Assembly (NCBI GenBank): GCA_038845975.1 | Contig: JAWBQF010000006.1 | Location: forward strand, 1 to 64,000 | DNA from: Candidatus Methanomethylicia archaeon | GTDB lineage: Archaea; Thermoproteota; Methanomethylicia; CALHIW01 | DNA: 64,000 bases | Direction: 5' to 3' | In this document: positions 29,510 to 40,524 of the stretch, in pieces | Layout: each line of letters opens with the position of its first letter | Position numbering within the stretch: the first letter of the stretch is position 1 | Position numbers and translations under genes: made by a program | Notes under the pieces: model-generated | What the model was told of the DNA's origin: nothing | Databases searched by the model: none | Seen by the model: only the letters and a program-made list of their open reading frames with translations

Positions 29510-29866
29510 ATGGGGTTTGTTAGGGTAAAAGCTAGAGTATGGAACGTTGAGGTTCCAGAGAACGTTAAAGAGGTTACTCTTCTAGCAGATACAGGTGCTA
29601 TCTATACTGTTTTACCGGAAGAATTCCTTAAATCTCTACATATTAAAAGCATTGGAAAGAGAAGGTTTAGGCTAGCCAACAATCAGATTCTTGAGAAAGA
29701 GATAGGCATTATAGGCATAGAAATTAACAACATCAAGACACATTCTATAGCCGTCTTCGGAGATGAAAACGTATATCTTTTAGGGGTTGTAACACTTGAA
29801 GAGCTAGGGCTAGAAGTGGATCCAATAAAGGGCGAGCTGAAGCCACTTGAGCTACTGTTAATGTAA
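29510..29866 (+). CDS. Retropepsin-like (clan AA) aspartyl protease
   Basis: LADTGAIYTVLP, LLGVVTLEELGLEVDP. Confidence 0.9.
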   Translation: MGFVRVKARVWNVEVPENVKEVTLLADTGAIYTVLPEEFLKSLHIKSIGKRRFRLANNQILEKEIGIIGIEINNIKTHSIAVFGDENVYLLGVVTLEELGLEVDPIKGELKPLELLLM

Positions 29867-30246
29867 TTAAAGTCGGCTTTAAAACAAAATAGGTATCACA
29901 TATACTCTGTCCAACAACTACTTAAGACAACCATGTACAATACTCTTTATTTTTCTATGTATAGTTATCACGTTCAGTCCTCATCTGTAATTATAATGAT
30001 ATACCCTAGCATAACCATATCCGTAACTTTTAAGCTTAAAAGAGAGATTGTTGAGTTATCTGAAAATGATTAAATATGGCATTGCTAATAGCAAGTCTCA
30101 TGCTATAAATTTCATGATTGAGTAGACCAAGAAAATTATTAGGGGAGTAGGGTATGTTGAGGAATTGATGGAAACCAACTACGGGATCAGTCATGGAGGT
30201 TTAAGCACACTATTGAAAGAGGAGAAGTTAAGCATTGATACTAGCG

Positions 30247-30530
30247 TTATAATATCTTACGTGGACTTAAAGATCTTCCAAGCTCCATCATGAAACAACT
30301 TAAATTAATGCTTCCTTCAGATGCAATGATTCTTCTAGTATCAATAACTATATGTGGAATATTAAATCCATTAAGGAAACATCTAAGTAAGCTAGATTTA
30401 CCTGTACACCTCATTCCAAGTATTAGAATAATACGTCTAGATTCAAATCCTCTTCTTAACTTCCTCAATTCATCTTCAAAATCATAAAGTTCAGTAATTA
30501 TTGATTTTTGGTGCTAAATCAAAGAGTATG
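30247..30530 (-). pseudogene. N-terminal remnant of an archaeal ATPase
   Basis: LFDL..ELYDFEDE..LGMRCTGKSSLL, then truncation. Confidence 0.8.
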
Positions 30531-30583
30531 GGTACCACCAGCAACTGGTACTACTACCAGTAGTTTTAAACGTAAAGTTTAAA

Positions 30584-30720
30584 ACTTGAGTTAACTTAAA
30601 CATGTTTTATCACCTCTATTTTGTTATTGCTTCCATGAATTCCTAGCTTTTATCTTCTTATTAATCTATGCTCGTTTAACTATACTATTGAAAGATTGAT
30701 ACATGTTCACCATCATATTT
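30584..30720 (-). mobile_element. Right-end remnant of an IS6-family element
   Basis: AACTTAAACATGTTTTATCACCTCTATTTT..CATGAATTC is reverse-complement similar to 58914-58965. Confidence 0.6.
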
Positions 30721-30772
30721 ATTTTTAACTACGAAATTCTTATTAGGAATCTAGGAATTAATAATATAGACT

Positions 30773-31498
30773 ATGAATAGTGGAGATGTTGAAGTTGAGG
30801 AAGTAGCTAGGAGATTCGGTGAAGAAGTTAAAAGGATACTTGGAGATGAAGCTGTAGCAGTTGTAGCGTTTGGTAGTAGGGTTTGGGGAAAGTATAGTAG
30901 AGATAGCGATTATGATCTTCTACTACTTCATAGAGCTAGTGAGGAGAAAGCTGAAGAAGCAGCTGTAGAAGCAGCTCTTAAAGTATCAGCTGAGCTTAGA
31001 GTAGGGGTTGAACCTGTAGTAATGAGTATATTTGATTTTAGAGGAGATAGTAAGTACTTAACTACTAAATGTAGAAGGGAAGGGTTAATAATCTATCTTG
31101 ATGGAGGTGGAAGACATTATGAAGCTATAGATATGATCCTCCTAGCCGAGGAATTTCTAGAAATAGCAGAGATACTTTTAAAACATAAAAAGTATAGAGG
31201 AGTTATTGATGAAGCATATAATGCAGCTGAACTTGCAGTAAAAGCATTAATGCTATGGGATGGCTACGATATTCCTGGAAGTCATGGAGGTATTATAGGA
31301 GAGTTTGGAAGAATATACGTACTAACCGGGAAAATAGATAGGGAATTAGGTAGGCTTCTAAGTCTATCATTAGAAAAGAGAAATAAAGCTAGATACAATG
31401 CGAGAATGGAGGTAAGTGAGGAGGAAGCTAAAACAATTCTTGAAGCAGCTGGAAAACTCATTAAAAACATAAAACAATACATTAAACCTAACAAATAA
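30773..31498 (+). CDS. Fused MNT nucleotidyltransferase-HEPN protein
   Basis: FGSR..DSDYD MNT motif; HEPN YNAAELAVKA, SHGG, RNKARY. Confidence 0.9.
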   Translation: MNSGDVEVEEVARRFGEEVKRILGDEAVAVVAFGSRVWGKYSRDSDYDLLLLHRASEEKAEEAAVEAALKVSAELRVGVEPVVMSIFDFRGDSKYLTTKCRREGLIIYLDGGGRHYEAIDMILLAEEFLEIAEILLKHKKYRGVIDEAYNAAELAVKALMLWDGYDIPGSHGGIIGEFGRIYVLTGKIDRELGRLLSLSLEKRNKARYNARMEVSEEEAKTILEAAGKLIKNIKQYIKPNK

Positions 31499-31810
31499 GT
31501 TTCCACTCTAAATTTAAAATACTCCCAATTCATATCAACAGCTATTATTCATAGTATCAATTAACTAAAGGATTATTCTCCATATTCTAAGCTAACATTC
31601 AGAATAAGAAGGAAAACTATATTTCAAAGTAGTGAATCTGTTAACGCATGTATCTATGTGAGGCTTCCAGACATATTAATGCTAGATTCTATACGTAAGG
31701 AAATAATAAGAATTAAGATTATGTAACCTCATTAACCTTTTAAAAGAAGTTTTTAAACAATAAAGAAATGTACTGGTTAAAGCGTAATATGGATAAAATA
31801 CCTTAAAGCT

Positions 31811-32293
31811 TTAATATTTTAGGAGTTGAGTAATAATTGATGGATTATAGGAAATGATGAAGGTAAATATGCCTAGAGCGAGAATTCCTCTATTTACTAC
31901 TTTACTGGATGCTTTAAACAATCCATATGCAACCTCCCTATTCGAGAAGGGGTAGAAGGGTTTAAACTTACTATATGTGAGGGCATCACCTATTAGGTGG
32001 CTTATTGTCCCACAGAAACCAGCTATGAATCCTATCAGCCAATATACTCCACCAGTAAAATAGCTGAAAAGAATACTAAGAGTAAAACCAACAATAACGC
32101 CGAATATAACAGTATGCGTTATTCCTCTATGCTTAACCTCAAATTGAACATCAACATCCGGAATGGAGGATAAGGCAGCCATAAGAAGACATGCTGTAAC
32201 AATATAATTCACATCAATTTCAAAAACCCTAAATAGGAATATGAATGGAGAGGAAAGAAGTAAGGATAAACCAATATGTCCCTCCCTATACAA
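31811..32293 (-). CDS. Membrane-bound metal-dependent hydrolase (YdjM-like)
   Basis: GH, PDVD, HRGITHT, SHLIGD motifs. Confidence 0.9.
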   Translation of the reverse strand: MYREGHIGLSLLLSSPFIFLFRVFEIDVNYIVTACLLMAALSSIPDVDVQFEVKHRGITHTVIFGVIVGFTLSILFSYFTGGVYWLIGFIAGFCGTISHLIGDALTYSKFKPFYPFSNREVAYGLFKASSKVVNRGILALGIFTFIISYNPSIITQLLKY

Positions 32294-32339
32294 TACGTAC
32301 CACCCAAATAAACATTTATTAAGAGTATAAAAATTTATA

Positions 32340-32460
32340 GGCTATGTAGACTTAAGCATGCTTACTACCTCTACTTCAGATTTTCTATGAATTCCTATTT
32401 TCATCTTCTTATATATGCTTGTTAGCCATACTATTGATTTTACTGTATTATGTAGTCATA
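32340..32460 (-). mobile_element. Right-end remnant of an IS6-family element
   Basis: GGCTATGTAGACTTAAGCATGC..CTATGAATTC resembles the reverse complement of 45989-46048. Confidence 0.6.
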
Positions 32461-32634
32461 AACTTCTATGGGATGGAGTTAAAATTTATGTATCCAGAAC
32501 TTTAGTTGTAGAATTAGACTATGAGAAGGAAGATGTAGTAATATAGTAGCTTCATGATGATAACTAAACCCATAATATTAACGTTTTCTCTGGTTAAGCG
32601 TAAGATTAATATTTTGGATTATTACTGTTTCTAT

Positions 32635-33915
32635 ATGTCTGTTAAGTCTACTGTAGCTCTTGTTAATGCTGGAATTATTGATGGTACTGGTAGGCAGCCT
32701 ATTATGAATGGTGTTTTAGTTATTAGTGGTAAACGTATAGTTGATGTTGGTACGGAAGGTTCTGTAAGTATTCCTGAAGATGCTAGAATTGTTGATTTAA
32801 AGGGGATGTATATACTTCCAGGATTAATTGATGCTCATTTACATCTCCTCGGTATGAGGACTGGAGATCTTGTAAAGGAGCCTCTTACAACTCCATACGA
32901 GGTTTTTGTCGCTAGGGTAATTAATGATCTTAAAGAGCTAGTTAATGCAGGCTTTACAACTGTAGGCGATGCTGGAAGCCTGATAGCTATAAATCTTAAG
33001 CAGGCAGTAGATGAGGGAAGTATAGTTAGCCCTAGAATTATTGCTTCCGGCTATGTTCTATCCCAAACATTCGGTCATGGAGATATACATTATCTACCTA
33101 TTGATTACGTTGATGCTAGAACATCAAGGAAAACATATCCGCTAGGCTCACTGATTTGTGATGGAGTTGATGAATGCCGTAAAGCTGCACGCTATGCATT
33201 GAGAGCTGGCGCTGACTTCATTAAGGTTATGGCTACAGGTGGAGTACTATCCCAGAGGGATAGACCTGAATACGTACAGTTTACTCTTGACGAGTTGAAA
33301 GCTATTGTTGAGGAGGCTGAACATGCTGGAAGATTTGTTCATGCACATGCGGAAGGATCGAAAGGTATAGTGAATGCGGTTAAATCCGGTATAAAAATAA
33401 TTGCTCACGCAAACCTAATTGATGATGAAGGAATACAAATAATAAAGGAAAATAATGGAATCATCATACCAACATTCTCCGTTGTTGAGAATATATTAGA
33501 GTATGGCGAAGAAGTTGGAATACCTAAATGGGGATTAGAGAAATGTAGGGAACTCCATGAAGTACATGTTGAAAACATGAGGAAGACGTATAGAGCAGGA
33601 GTAAAAATTGCAACCGGAACAGACTTTATAGGTGGGTATAAAGCGTTTAAACATGGAGATAATGCTCTAGAAATATTTCTACTTGTTAAGAGAATAGGTA
33701 TGAGCCCAATGGAAGCCATAGTTTCAGCAACTAGAAACGCATCTGAAGCTATTGGTTTAGAAAAATATATTGGAACACTTGAACCTGGAAAACTTGCTGA
33801 TCTAATTGTTGTTAATAGTAATCCACTCAACAATATAGAGGTGCTTATGGATAAATCAAGAATAATAGCTGTAATAAAGGAAGGTGTAAATCTGAAAGGT
33901 AGCTTAATTAGCTAG
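32635..33915 (+). CDS. Amidohydrolase (Xaa-Pro dipeptidase-like)
   Basis: PGLIDAHLH, GADFIKVMATGG, HAHAEG, GTD, GKLADL. Confidence 0.93.
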   Translation: MSVKSTVALVNAGIIDGTGRQPIMNGVLVISGKRIVDVGTEGSVSIPEDARIVDLKGMYILPGLIDAHLHLLGMRTGDLVKEPLTTPYEVFVARVINDLKELVNAGFTTVGDAGSLIAINLKQAVDEGSIVSPRIIASGYVLSQTFGHGDIHYLPIDYVDARTSRKTYPLGSLICDGVDECRKAARYALRAGADFIKVMATGGVLSQRDRPEYVQFTLDELKAIVEEAEHAGRFVHAHAEGSKGIVNAVKSGIKIIAHANLIDDEGIQIIKENNGIIIPTFSVVENILEYGEEVGIPKWGLEKCRELHEVHVENMRKTYRAGVKIATGTDFIGGYKAFKHGDNALEIFLLVKRIGMSPMEAIVSATRNASEAIGLEKYIGTLEPGKLADLIVVNSNPLNNIEVLMDKSRIIAVIKEGVNLKGSLIS

Positions 33916-34439
33916 CCTTAGCTGAAAATATTAACCATAAATAATTCACCTACTAACATAATGATTACAGTACCAGTAGAGGACATGATAATTCCTGAAA
34001 TATCATTCATGTAAACACTTAACAGGTAAATCTTCATTAAGCCTATAGTGGTATAGTGAGAAGATGAAGATTTAAGCTGTATCTAGGTTAATGATTATCC
34101 TGTTAAATATATCTCTGTAAACGCTGATTCTAATGTTTGAAGTATTGTTATCTCCTATCTTCATAGCTATTAGTATCCTCACAACTTAAGATTAATAGTA
34201 TGAACTATGAAAACTTAAATTTTGAAACCATCTTTACTTATAAAAGTTTACAATGTGAAGTTGCTATTAACTCCCAGTTAAAGAATACCTCTATGATTTC
34301 AAGGAGGAAACCTAATAGCTCTTATGTTCAGCTAATTCAATTATGGTTTTACAGTATCTTTATTTTCTTAGCTTTCATTGCCCTCCCTTAAAGTTTTATA
34401 TTTTCATTTCTAGATATTCTATGATTAATAATATTTTTA

Positions 34440-34498
34440 AACTATGTAAACTTAGTATTAATAGATATGTATAGTTAACGGTTTAAATATACATAGCT
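34440..34498. mobile_element. IS6-derived mini-MITE
   Basis: AACTATGTAAACTT...AAATATACATAGCT inverted ends; size and interior like the other copies. Confidence 0.6.
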
Positions 34499-34562
34499 AT
34501 AGTAACAAAATGTTTATAAGTATTTAGGTTTAAGAGCTATTTTAAAAACGGTGTATTGTCTT

Positions 34563-35501
34563 ATGTCTTTCACTAGATATGTAGCTTTACGTATATTTCA
34601 AGCTATTCCGACAATTATAGGAGTTGTAGTTGTCATGTTTATTCTCGTTAGAATGCTTCCAGGAGATCCTGCAAGACTTATTGCTGGTCCTGAAGCTTCT
34701 GAGGAAGATGTTAGAAGAATTAGGGAAATACTTGGTCTTAATAAGCCTTTATACATTCAGTTTGTAGAGTATCTACTAAGTCTTCTAAGAGGCGATCTTG
34801 GACTATCAATAAAGTTCGGAACTCCCGTAGTTAATGAAATTATGTCTCGATTACCGTATACTATTATTCTTGCTGTTACTGCTGAAGCTATAGCTGTAGC
34901 TACTGCATTACCATTAGGAATAATATCTGCTATGAAGCCTCAATCTAGAATTGGATACTTATCAACTATAGTATCACTGCTTGGATCTTCAATACCAATA
35001 TACTGGATGGGTTTAGTGTTTATAGCTATATTTGCTGTTGAGCTTAGGCTTCTACCATCTAGTGGTGCTGAAAGCCCTAGGCATCTAGTACTTCCAGCAT
35101 TAACACTATCCCTTCTTTTAATGGGTAATCTTACAAGAATTACTAAGGTATCAGTTATAGAAGCTCTTGAAAGCAACTATATAACAACAGCTAGAGCTAA
35201 AGGACTTTCTGAGAGAATCGTGATTTTAAGACATGGACTTAGAAACGCCATGATTCCAATAGTTACGATAATGGGTATTCAGCTTGGAGCACTTTTAGGC
35301 GGTGCTATTCTTACTGAAACGGTTTTTGCATGGCCTGGAGTAGGTTTACTACTTGTTGATTCAATATTTTATAGGGATTATACATTGATTCAAGGTATTG
35401 TGGTATTCATAGCTTCAATGATTGTAGCTATAAACATAATTGTTGATGTAGTATATGTAGTTATAGATCCTAGAGTAAGAGGGATTATATGGGGGAGGTA
35501 A
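34563..35501 (+). CDS. dppB: Peptide ABC transporter permease
   Basis: PGDPA, GDLG.S, TARAKGL..HGLRNA, ETVFAWPG. Confidence 0.93.
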   Translation: MSFTRYVALRIFQAIPTIIGVVVVMFILVRMLPGDPARLIAGPEASEEDVRRIREILGLNKPLYIQFVEYLLSLLRGDLGLSIKFGTPVVNEIMSRLPYTIILAVTAEAIAVATALPLGIISAMKPQSRIGYLSTIVSLLGSSIPIYWMGLVFIAIFAVELRLLPSSGAESPRHLVLPALTLSLLLMGNLTRITKVSVIEALESNYITTARAKGLSERIVILRHGLRNAMIPIVTIMGIQLGALLGGAILTETVFAWPGVGLLLVDSIFYRDYTLIQGIVVFIASMIVAINIIVDVVYVVIDPRVRGIIWGR

Positions 35502-36391
35502 GTATAGTTATTGAGAAGCTAAGAGAAGCTAAAGCAAGGCAGAGAGCTCTTTTATGGCTTAAGTTTAAAAGCAATAAGGCTGCATTTATATCACTATGTA
35601 TACTTACATTTATATTTCTACTTGCAATCCTAGGACCATATATGGTTCCAGAAAGCCCATATGATTTTAATCTTTCAAGAGCTTTAGAACCTCCATCCCT
35701 TAACTCGATTTTCGGTAGGGATGAACTTGGAAGAAATATATTGAGTAGAGTTATTGTTGGCTCTAGATTCTCAATAGGAGTAGCTTTACTCTCTGTTCTT
35801 CTCGGTGGATGTATAGGTGTACTACTTGGACTTGTATCAGGATATATTGGTGGTAAAGTTGATGTTGTAATTCAGAGATTTACAGATATTCTTTTAGCAT
35901 TTCCTACAATACTTCTAGCTATAGCTCTCATATCAGTACTTGGGGTCGGTATTGGAAACCTTATAGTATCGATAGGTGTAAGTACTGTTCCAATATATAT
36001 AAGGCTATCTAGAAGCTTAGTTTTCCAGATTAGAAGTGAAGACTATATTACAGCTGCATTTGCATTAGGTAAATCTGGAAGATATATAATGTTTCGCCAC
36101 GTCCTACCGAACATACTACCAGCAATAATAGTTCAATCAACATACTATATGGGCTTATCCCTACTTTTAGCTTCAGGTCTCGGATTTCTAGGTTTAGGTG
36201 TTCAGCCACCAATACCTGAATGGGGTGCTATGATTGGTAGTGGTAGAACATATATTTACAGTAGTCCACATGTAATAATTTTCCCAGGACTCTTCATCTT
36301 AATATCGGCTTTATGTTTTAATCTTACTGGTGATGGACTTAGAGATGCTCTTGATCCTAGAATTAAAGTAATGATTAGAAGAGCTGGTTAA
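35489..36391 (+). CDS. dppC: Peptide ABC transporter permease
   Basis: FGRDELGRNI, HVLPN, LGFLGLGVQPP.PEWG, GDGLRDALDPR. Confidence 0.93.
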   Translation: MGEVSIVIEKLREAKARQRALLWLKFKSNKAAFISLCILTFIFLLAILGPYMVPESPYDFNLSRALEPPSLNSIFGRDELGRNILSRVIVGSRFSIGVALLSVLLGGCIGVLLGLVSGYIGGKVDVVIQRFTDILLAFPTILLAIALISVLGVGIGNLIVSIGVSTVPIYIRLSRSLVFQIRSEDYITAAFALGKSGRYIMFRHVLPNILPAIIVQSTYYMGLSLLLASGLGFLGLGVQPPIPEWGAMIGSGRTYIYSSPHVIIFPGLFILISALCFNLTGDGLRDALDPRIKVMIRRAG

Positions 36392-36392
36392 A

Positions 36393-37358
36393 ATGCAGGA
36401 AATATTAAGAATCGAGAATCTTAAAGTATACTATTATCTCCCTCAAGGGATTGTTAAAGCTGTTGATGATGTGAGTTTTAACGTTTATACTGATGAAGTA
36501 CTTGGAATAGCTGGTGAAAGCGGCTCAGGTAAATCTACGGTAGCCCATGCAATTCTAAGACTTGTTAAGCCTCCTGGTGAAATTATTGGAGGTAGAATAC
36601 TGTTTAAGGGTAGAGATTTATTGAAGCTAAGTGAGGATGAGATGAGGGCTTTAAGAGGTAGAGAGATAACATTAATATTTCAGGATCCATCTACATATCT
36701 TAATCCAGTATATACTGTTGGTTTCCAGATTGGGGAGGTTTATGAAGCTCATGAAAAAGTAAAGCCGAAGAAAGCTATTCATAAAGTAGTAGATATATTA
36801 AGATCGGTTAAGATTCCTGATCCTACTAGGAGAATTTACTCTTATCCCCATGAACTGAGTGGAGGTATGAAGCAGAGAATTCTGATCTCCATGGGGATTG
36901 CGTTAACACCTACATTAATAATTGCTGATGAACCTACATCAGCATTAGATGTTACAATTCAAGCACAAATAATTGAGCTACTAGATGAGATGAGAAGAGA
37001 GATAAGGGCATCGATGATTTTCATAACCCATGATCTACATTTACTTTCAGAGATTTCAAACAGGATAATGGTTATGTATGCCGGTAAATGTGTTGAGATA
37101 GGGGAGACAAGTAAGATTACTAGTGATCCCTTACATCCATATACGAAAGCACTCATGCAATTATTAAGATATCCTAGAAAAAGTAAGCTTCAATCATTAA
37201 GGGGAAGTCCTCCAAGCCTTATAAATCCGCCTAGAGGATGTAGATTCCATCCACGATGCCTATACAGTATGGATACATGTAGAGAATATGAACCTAATAT
37301 TGTAAACATAAATGGAAGAACTGTTTCCTGCTTCCTATATAGTGGTAGATATGGTTGA
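36393..37358 (+). CDS. dppD: Peptide ABC transporter ATPase
   Basis: GESGSGKS, LSGGMKQR, DEPTSALD, C-terminal CRFHPRC. Confidence 0.93.
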   Translation: MQEILRIENLKVYYYLPQGIVKAVDDVSFNVYTDEVLGIAGESGSGKSTVAHAILRLVKPPGEIIGGRILFKGRDLLKLSEDEMRALRGREITLIFQDPSTYLNPVYTVGFQIGEVYEAHEKVKPKKAIHKVVDILRSVKIPDPTRRIYSYPHELSGGMKQRILISMGIALTPTLIIADEPTSALDVTIQAQIIELLDEMRREIRASMIFITHDLHLLSEISNRIMVMYAGKCVEIGETSKITSDPLHPYTKALMQLLRYPRKSKLQSLRGSPPSLINPPRGCRFHPRCLYSMDTCREYEPNIVNINGRTVSCFLYSGRYG

Positions 37359-38316
37359 GCTATTGAAAACTGTAAATCTTAAGAAGTATTTCCCGGTTAA
37401 AAGCGGATTCCTTAGTAAGCCTATCTATATTAGGGCTGTAGATGATGTTAACATAAGCATAAAGCCTAGTGAAGTTGTAGCTCTAGTTGGTGAAAGCGGA
37501 TCCGGAAAGACAACTCTCGGTAGGGTAATGATAGGGTTGATGAAGCCTGATAGTGGTAATGTATTTTTTAAGGGTAAGGATATTTATAAGTTAAAAGGTA
37601 GAGAATACATTGAAGCTAGACATAAGCTACAAATAATATTCCAAAATCCGGATTCAAGCATTAACCCGAGAATGCAGGTAGTAGACGTAATTGGAGAAGC
37701 TATTAAGGAACTAAACCCTAAACTTAGCAGTAGAGAGATTCTAGATGAAGTATTAAGACTTCTTGAAACAGTAGCTTTAAGTCCAGACCACATATATAAG
37801 TATCCACATGAACTCTCAGGAGGGGAGAAACAGAGAGTTGTAATTGCTAGAGTAATAGCTGTTAAGCCTGAAGTTATTGTAGCTGATGAACCTACATCAG
37901 CGCTTGATATTTCAATTAGATCCCAAATACTTAACCTCTTAATGGACCTCCAGAAAGCAATAGGTATTAGCCTTATTTTCATAACTCATGATCTAGGTAT
38001 TGTATGGAGTATAAGTGATAGAGTTGCAATAATGTACATGGGTAAAATAGTTGAGCTATCTGAAACAGAGGAAATATTCAGTAATCCCCTACATCCATAC
38101 ACAAAAATGCTAATAGCATCATCCCCATCCACACCGATTAAAATTACTGATCCAACATTTAAACCAAGAGGAGAACCTCCAAGCCTTATAAATCCGCCTA
38201 GAGGATGTATCTTCATAACAAGATGCCCGATTGCAACTGAGAAATGCCTAATAAATTCTCCACCACTCATAGAAGCTTCAAGAAACCATTATGTAGCTTG
38301 TATTAGAAACAATTAA
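37351..38316 (+). CDS. dppF: Peptide ABC transporter ATPase
   Basis: GESGSGKT, LSGGEKQR, DEPTSALD, CIFITRCP. Confidence 0.93.
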   Translation: MVELLKTVNLKKYFPVKSGFLSKPIYIRAVDDVNISIKPSEVVALVGESGSGKTTLGRVMIGLMKPDSGNVFFKGKDIYKLKGREYIEARHKLQIIFQNPDSSINPRMQVVDVIGEAIKELNPKLSSREILDEVLRLLETVALSPDHIYKYPHELSGGEKQRVVIARVIAVKPEVIVADEPTSALDISIRSQILNLLMDLQKAIGISLIFITHDLGIVWSISDRVAIMYMGKIVELSETEEIFSNPLHPYTKMLIASSPSTPIKITDPTFKPRGEPPSLINPPRGCIFITRCPIATEKCLINSPPLIEASRNHYVACIRNN

Positions 38317-38460
38317 TCTACATTATTGTATAAATAAATTAGTGGAATCTTTCAAGTTAATAGTAGTAATAAGATATGGGTGTAGATTTTGATTCTTTAA
38401 GGAATCATAGAAGCAAAAAACTTTTTATATTAATACTAGAAACTAGTCTGGAGATTAGGT

Positions 38461-40092
38461 ATGAGAAAATTTTCTTCCAGTAATGCTATATCTAAAATAG
38501 CTTCAATAATTATAGTTATAGTAATTATTGCTGCGGGAATAATTGGATACATAGCATATACTAGTATACAGAAACCAGTAACATCTACTCCGACTACAAT
38601 ACCTACTCCAACAATTACATCACCTATAACAGCACGGGAAGTTGTAAAGATAGCTGTAGGTATAGAGCCTGATACTATAGATCCCCATGGCCAGACTACA
38701 ACATTAATATTTAACATTATGAGGCATGTTTACGAGACAATTGTCTGGTTTGATGAGAACGGTAATGTTATCCCATGGCTAGCTGAAAGCTGGACTATTT
38801 CAAGCGACGGCTTAACGTATACGTTTAAGCTTAGGAAGGATGTTAAGTTCCATGACGGTTCTAAACTTAATGCTGAAACAATTAAGATGAATATAGAGAG
38901 ATGGATAGATCCAACTGTAAGAGTACCTGTAAGAGTACAGCTTGGACCTGTAAAGGGCGCTGAAGTTGTTGATGAATATACTGTAAAGATAATTCTTAAA
39001 GAGCCATTTGCACCATTTCTTAGAGCACTTGGAGGATATCTTCTTATAGCAAGCTCTAAAGCCATTGAGAAATATAAGAATGCTACAATAACTGAACCTA
39101 GTGGGACAGGACCATATAAATTCGTTAAGTGGGAGAAGGGGAAGCTTGTTCTTCTAGAAAGGAATGAGGATTACTGGGGTAGTAAACCATTGATAAGAAG
39201 TATTGAGTGGAGAATTATTCCTGAAGCTGCAACTAGGGAAGCTGCTCTTCTAGCAGGAGATGTTGATGTAGCATTCCTACCGCCACCATCAGATATTTCT
39301 AAGCTTCAAGCAGATCCTAAAGTTAAAGTACTTACTCCAATTACAAATAGGATAATATTCATAGGATTACTACCAAAAGGTCCATTAAAGGATCCAAGAG
39401 TTAGACAAGCATTAAACTATGCTGTAGATAAGAAAGCATTGATTGACAAGGTTCTTTTCGGTTTAGGAATTGAGACAAACGCACCAGTACCACCACACTT
39501 CTTCGGATTCTACGGAATGGAGCCTTACAGCTACAATCCTGAAAAAGCTAAACAGCTTCTTAAAGATGCAGGATATCCTGAAGGTTTCAAAATGGTTTTA
39601 CTCCATCCAACCGGTAGATATATTCAGGATAAGCAAGTTGCTGAAGCTGTACAAGCCTATCTATCACGAATAGGAGTAGAAGCTCAACTAGTAACTATGG
39701 ATTGGCCTTCATTTGTAGCTAAAATAACTAAACCTCTTGAAGAAAAGGATTATGATGCTCTTCTACTTGGATGGGGGCCATTCATAGCAGATGCTGACTA
39801 TACACTCTATGCTCAATTCCACTCTACGCAAGCACCTCCAAAAGGTCTTGCAGCAGCTCACTATAACAACTCTAAAATAGATGATCTACTAGCAAAAGCA
39901 CGTAGAGAGCTTAATGAAGAAAATAGAAAAACCCTATACAAGGAAATAATAGGAACCATATGGAATGATGCACCATGGATATTCCTATATACACAGAAAA
40001 ACTTCCTAGCACTAAGCGTAAAACTTGAAGGAGTATGGATATACGTAGATGGAGAACAGTTCTTCTTCCATAAAGCATACTTTAAACCATAA
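38461..40092 (+). CDS. dppA: Peptide ABC transporter substrate-binding protein (family 5)
   Basis: N-terminal TM + Thr/Pro linker, LAESW..TFKLR..FHDG, GTGPY, VRQALNYAVD. Confidence 0.93.
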   Translation: MRKFSSSNAISKIASIIIVIVIIAAGIIGYIAYTSIQKPVTSTPTTIPTPTITSPITAREVVKIAVGIEPDTIDPHGQTTTLIFNIMRHVYETIVWFDENGNVIPWLAESWTISSDGLTYTFKLRKDVKFHDGSKLNAETIKMNIERWIDPTVRVPVRVQLGPVKGAEVVDEYTVKIILKEPFAPFLRALGGYLLIASSKAIEKYKNATITEPSGTGPYKFVKWEKGKLVLLERNEDYWGSKPLIRSIEWRIIPEAATREAALLAGDVDVAFLPPPSDISKLQADPKVKVLTPITNRIIFIGLLPKGPLKDPRVRQALNYAVDKKALIDKVLFGLGIETNAPVPPHFFGFYGMEPYSYNPEKAKQLLKDAGYPEGFKMVLLHPTGRYIQDKQVAEAVQAYLSRIGVEAQLVTMDWPSFVAKITKPLEEKDYDALLLGWGPFIADADYTLYAQFHSTQAPPKGLAAAHYNNSKIDDLLAKARRELNEENRKTLYKEIIGTIWNDAPWIFLYTQKNFLALSVKLEGVWIYVDGEQFFFHKAYFKP

Positions 40093-40467
40093 TTTTTTAT
40101 TTAATCTTAGAATAGATCATAAACTCCTTAAAAGAAGATTAGAAATGTGTTTGGAGAAGATAATTATACAATTAGATATAATACTGAAGATATTCAACAG
40201 CTACAGCAGACATAGTTGATATGAGGATTAATAGTGAAAACTATGGGAAATTTGGAAAACGAATTAAGGAGTTAGATGAAGTAAGAGGAAACTACTAGGG
40301 TAAATTAAGCAATGGTTTACTGAGCTTATACTGCTTCCATATTTATCAAGACTCTATTAGCTTACTAATGATTCTATGAACTTTAAAGCTGACATTAAGC
40401 CCCCCATCAATTGTTCTCGCCGATAATAACTACATAGAACTTATTAAAGACGTTGTTAATTTTAAAA

Positions 40468-40524
40468 TGACTTATAAACTTTAGATATTAAACGTAGATG
40501 ATAGTAGTTTAAGCTAACAAAACT
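40468..40524. mobile_element. IS6-derived mini-MITE
   Basis: TATAAACTTTAGATAT...GTTTAAGCTAACAAAACT similar to the 46972 and 49988 copies. Confidence 0.6.

Noticed and set aside
34200-34391. 63-aa ORF upstream of dppB
   Set aside because: AT-rich intergenic DNA with no motif or clear translation signals
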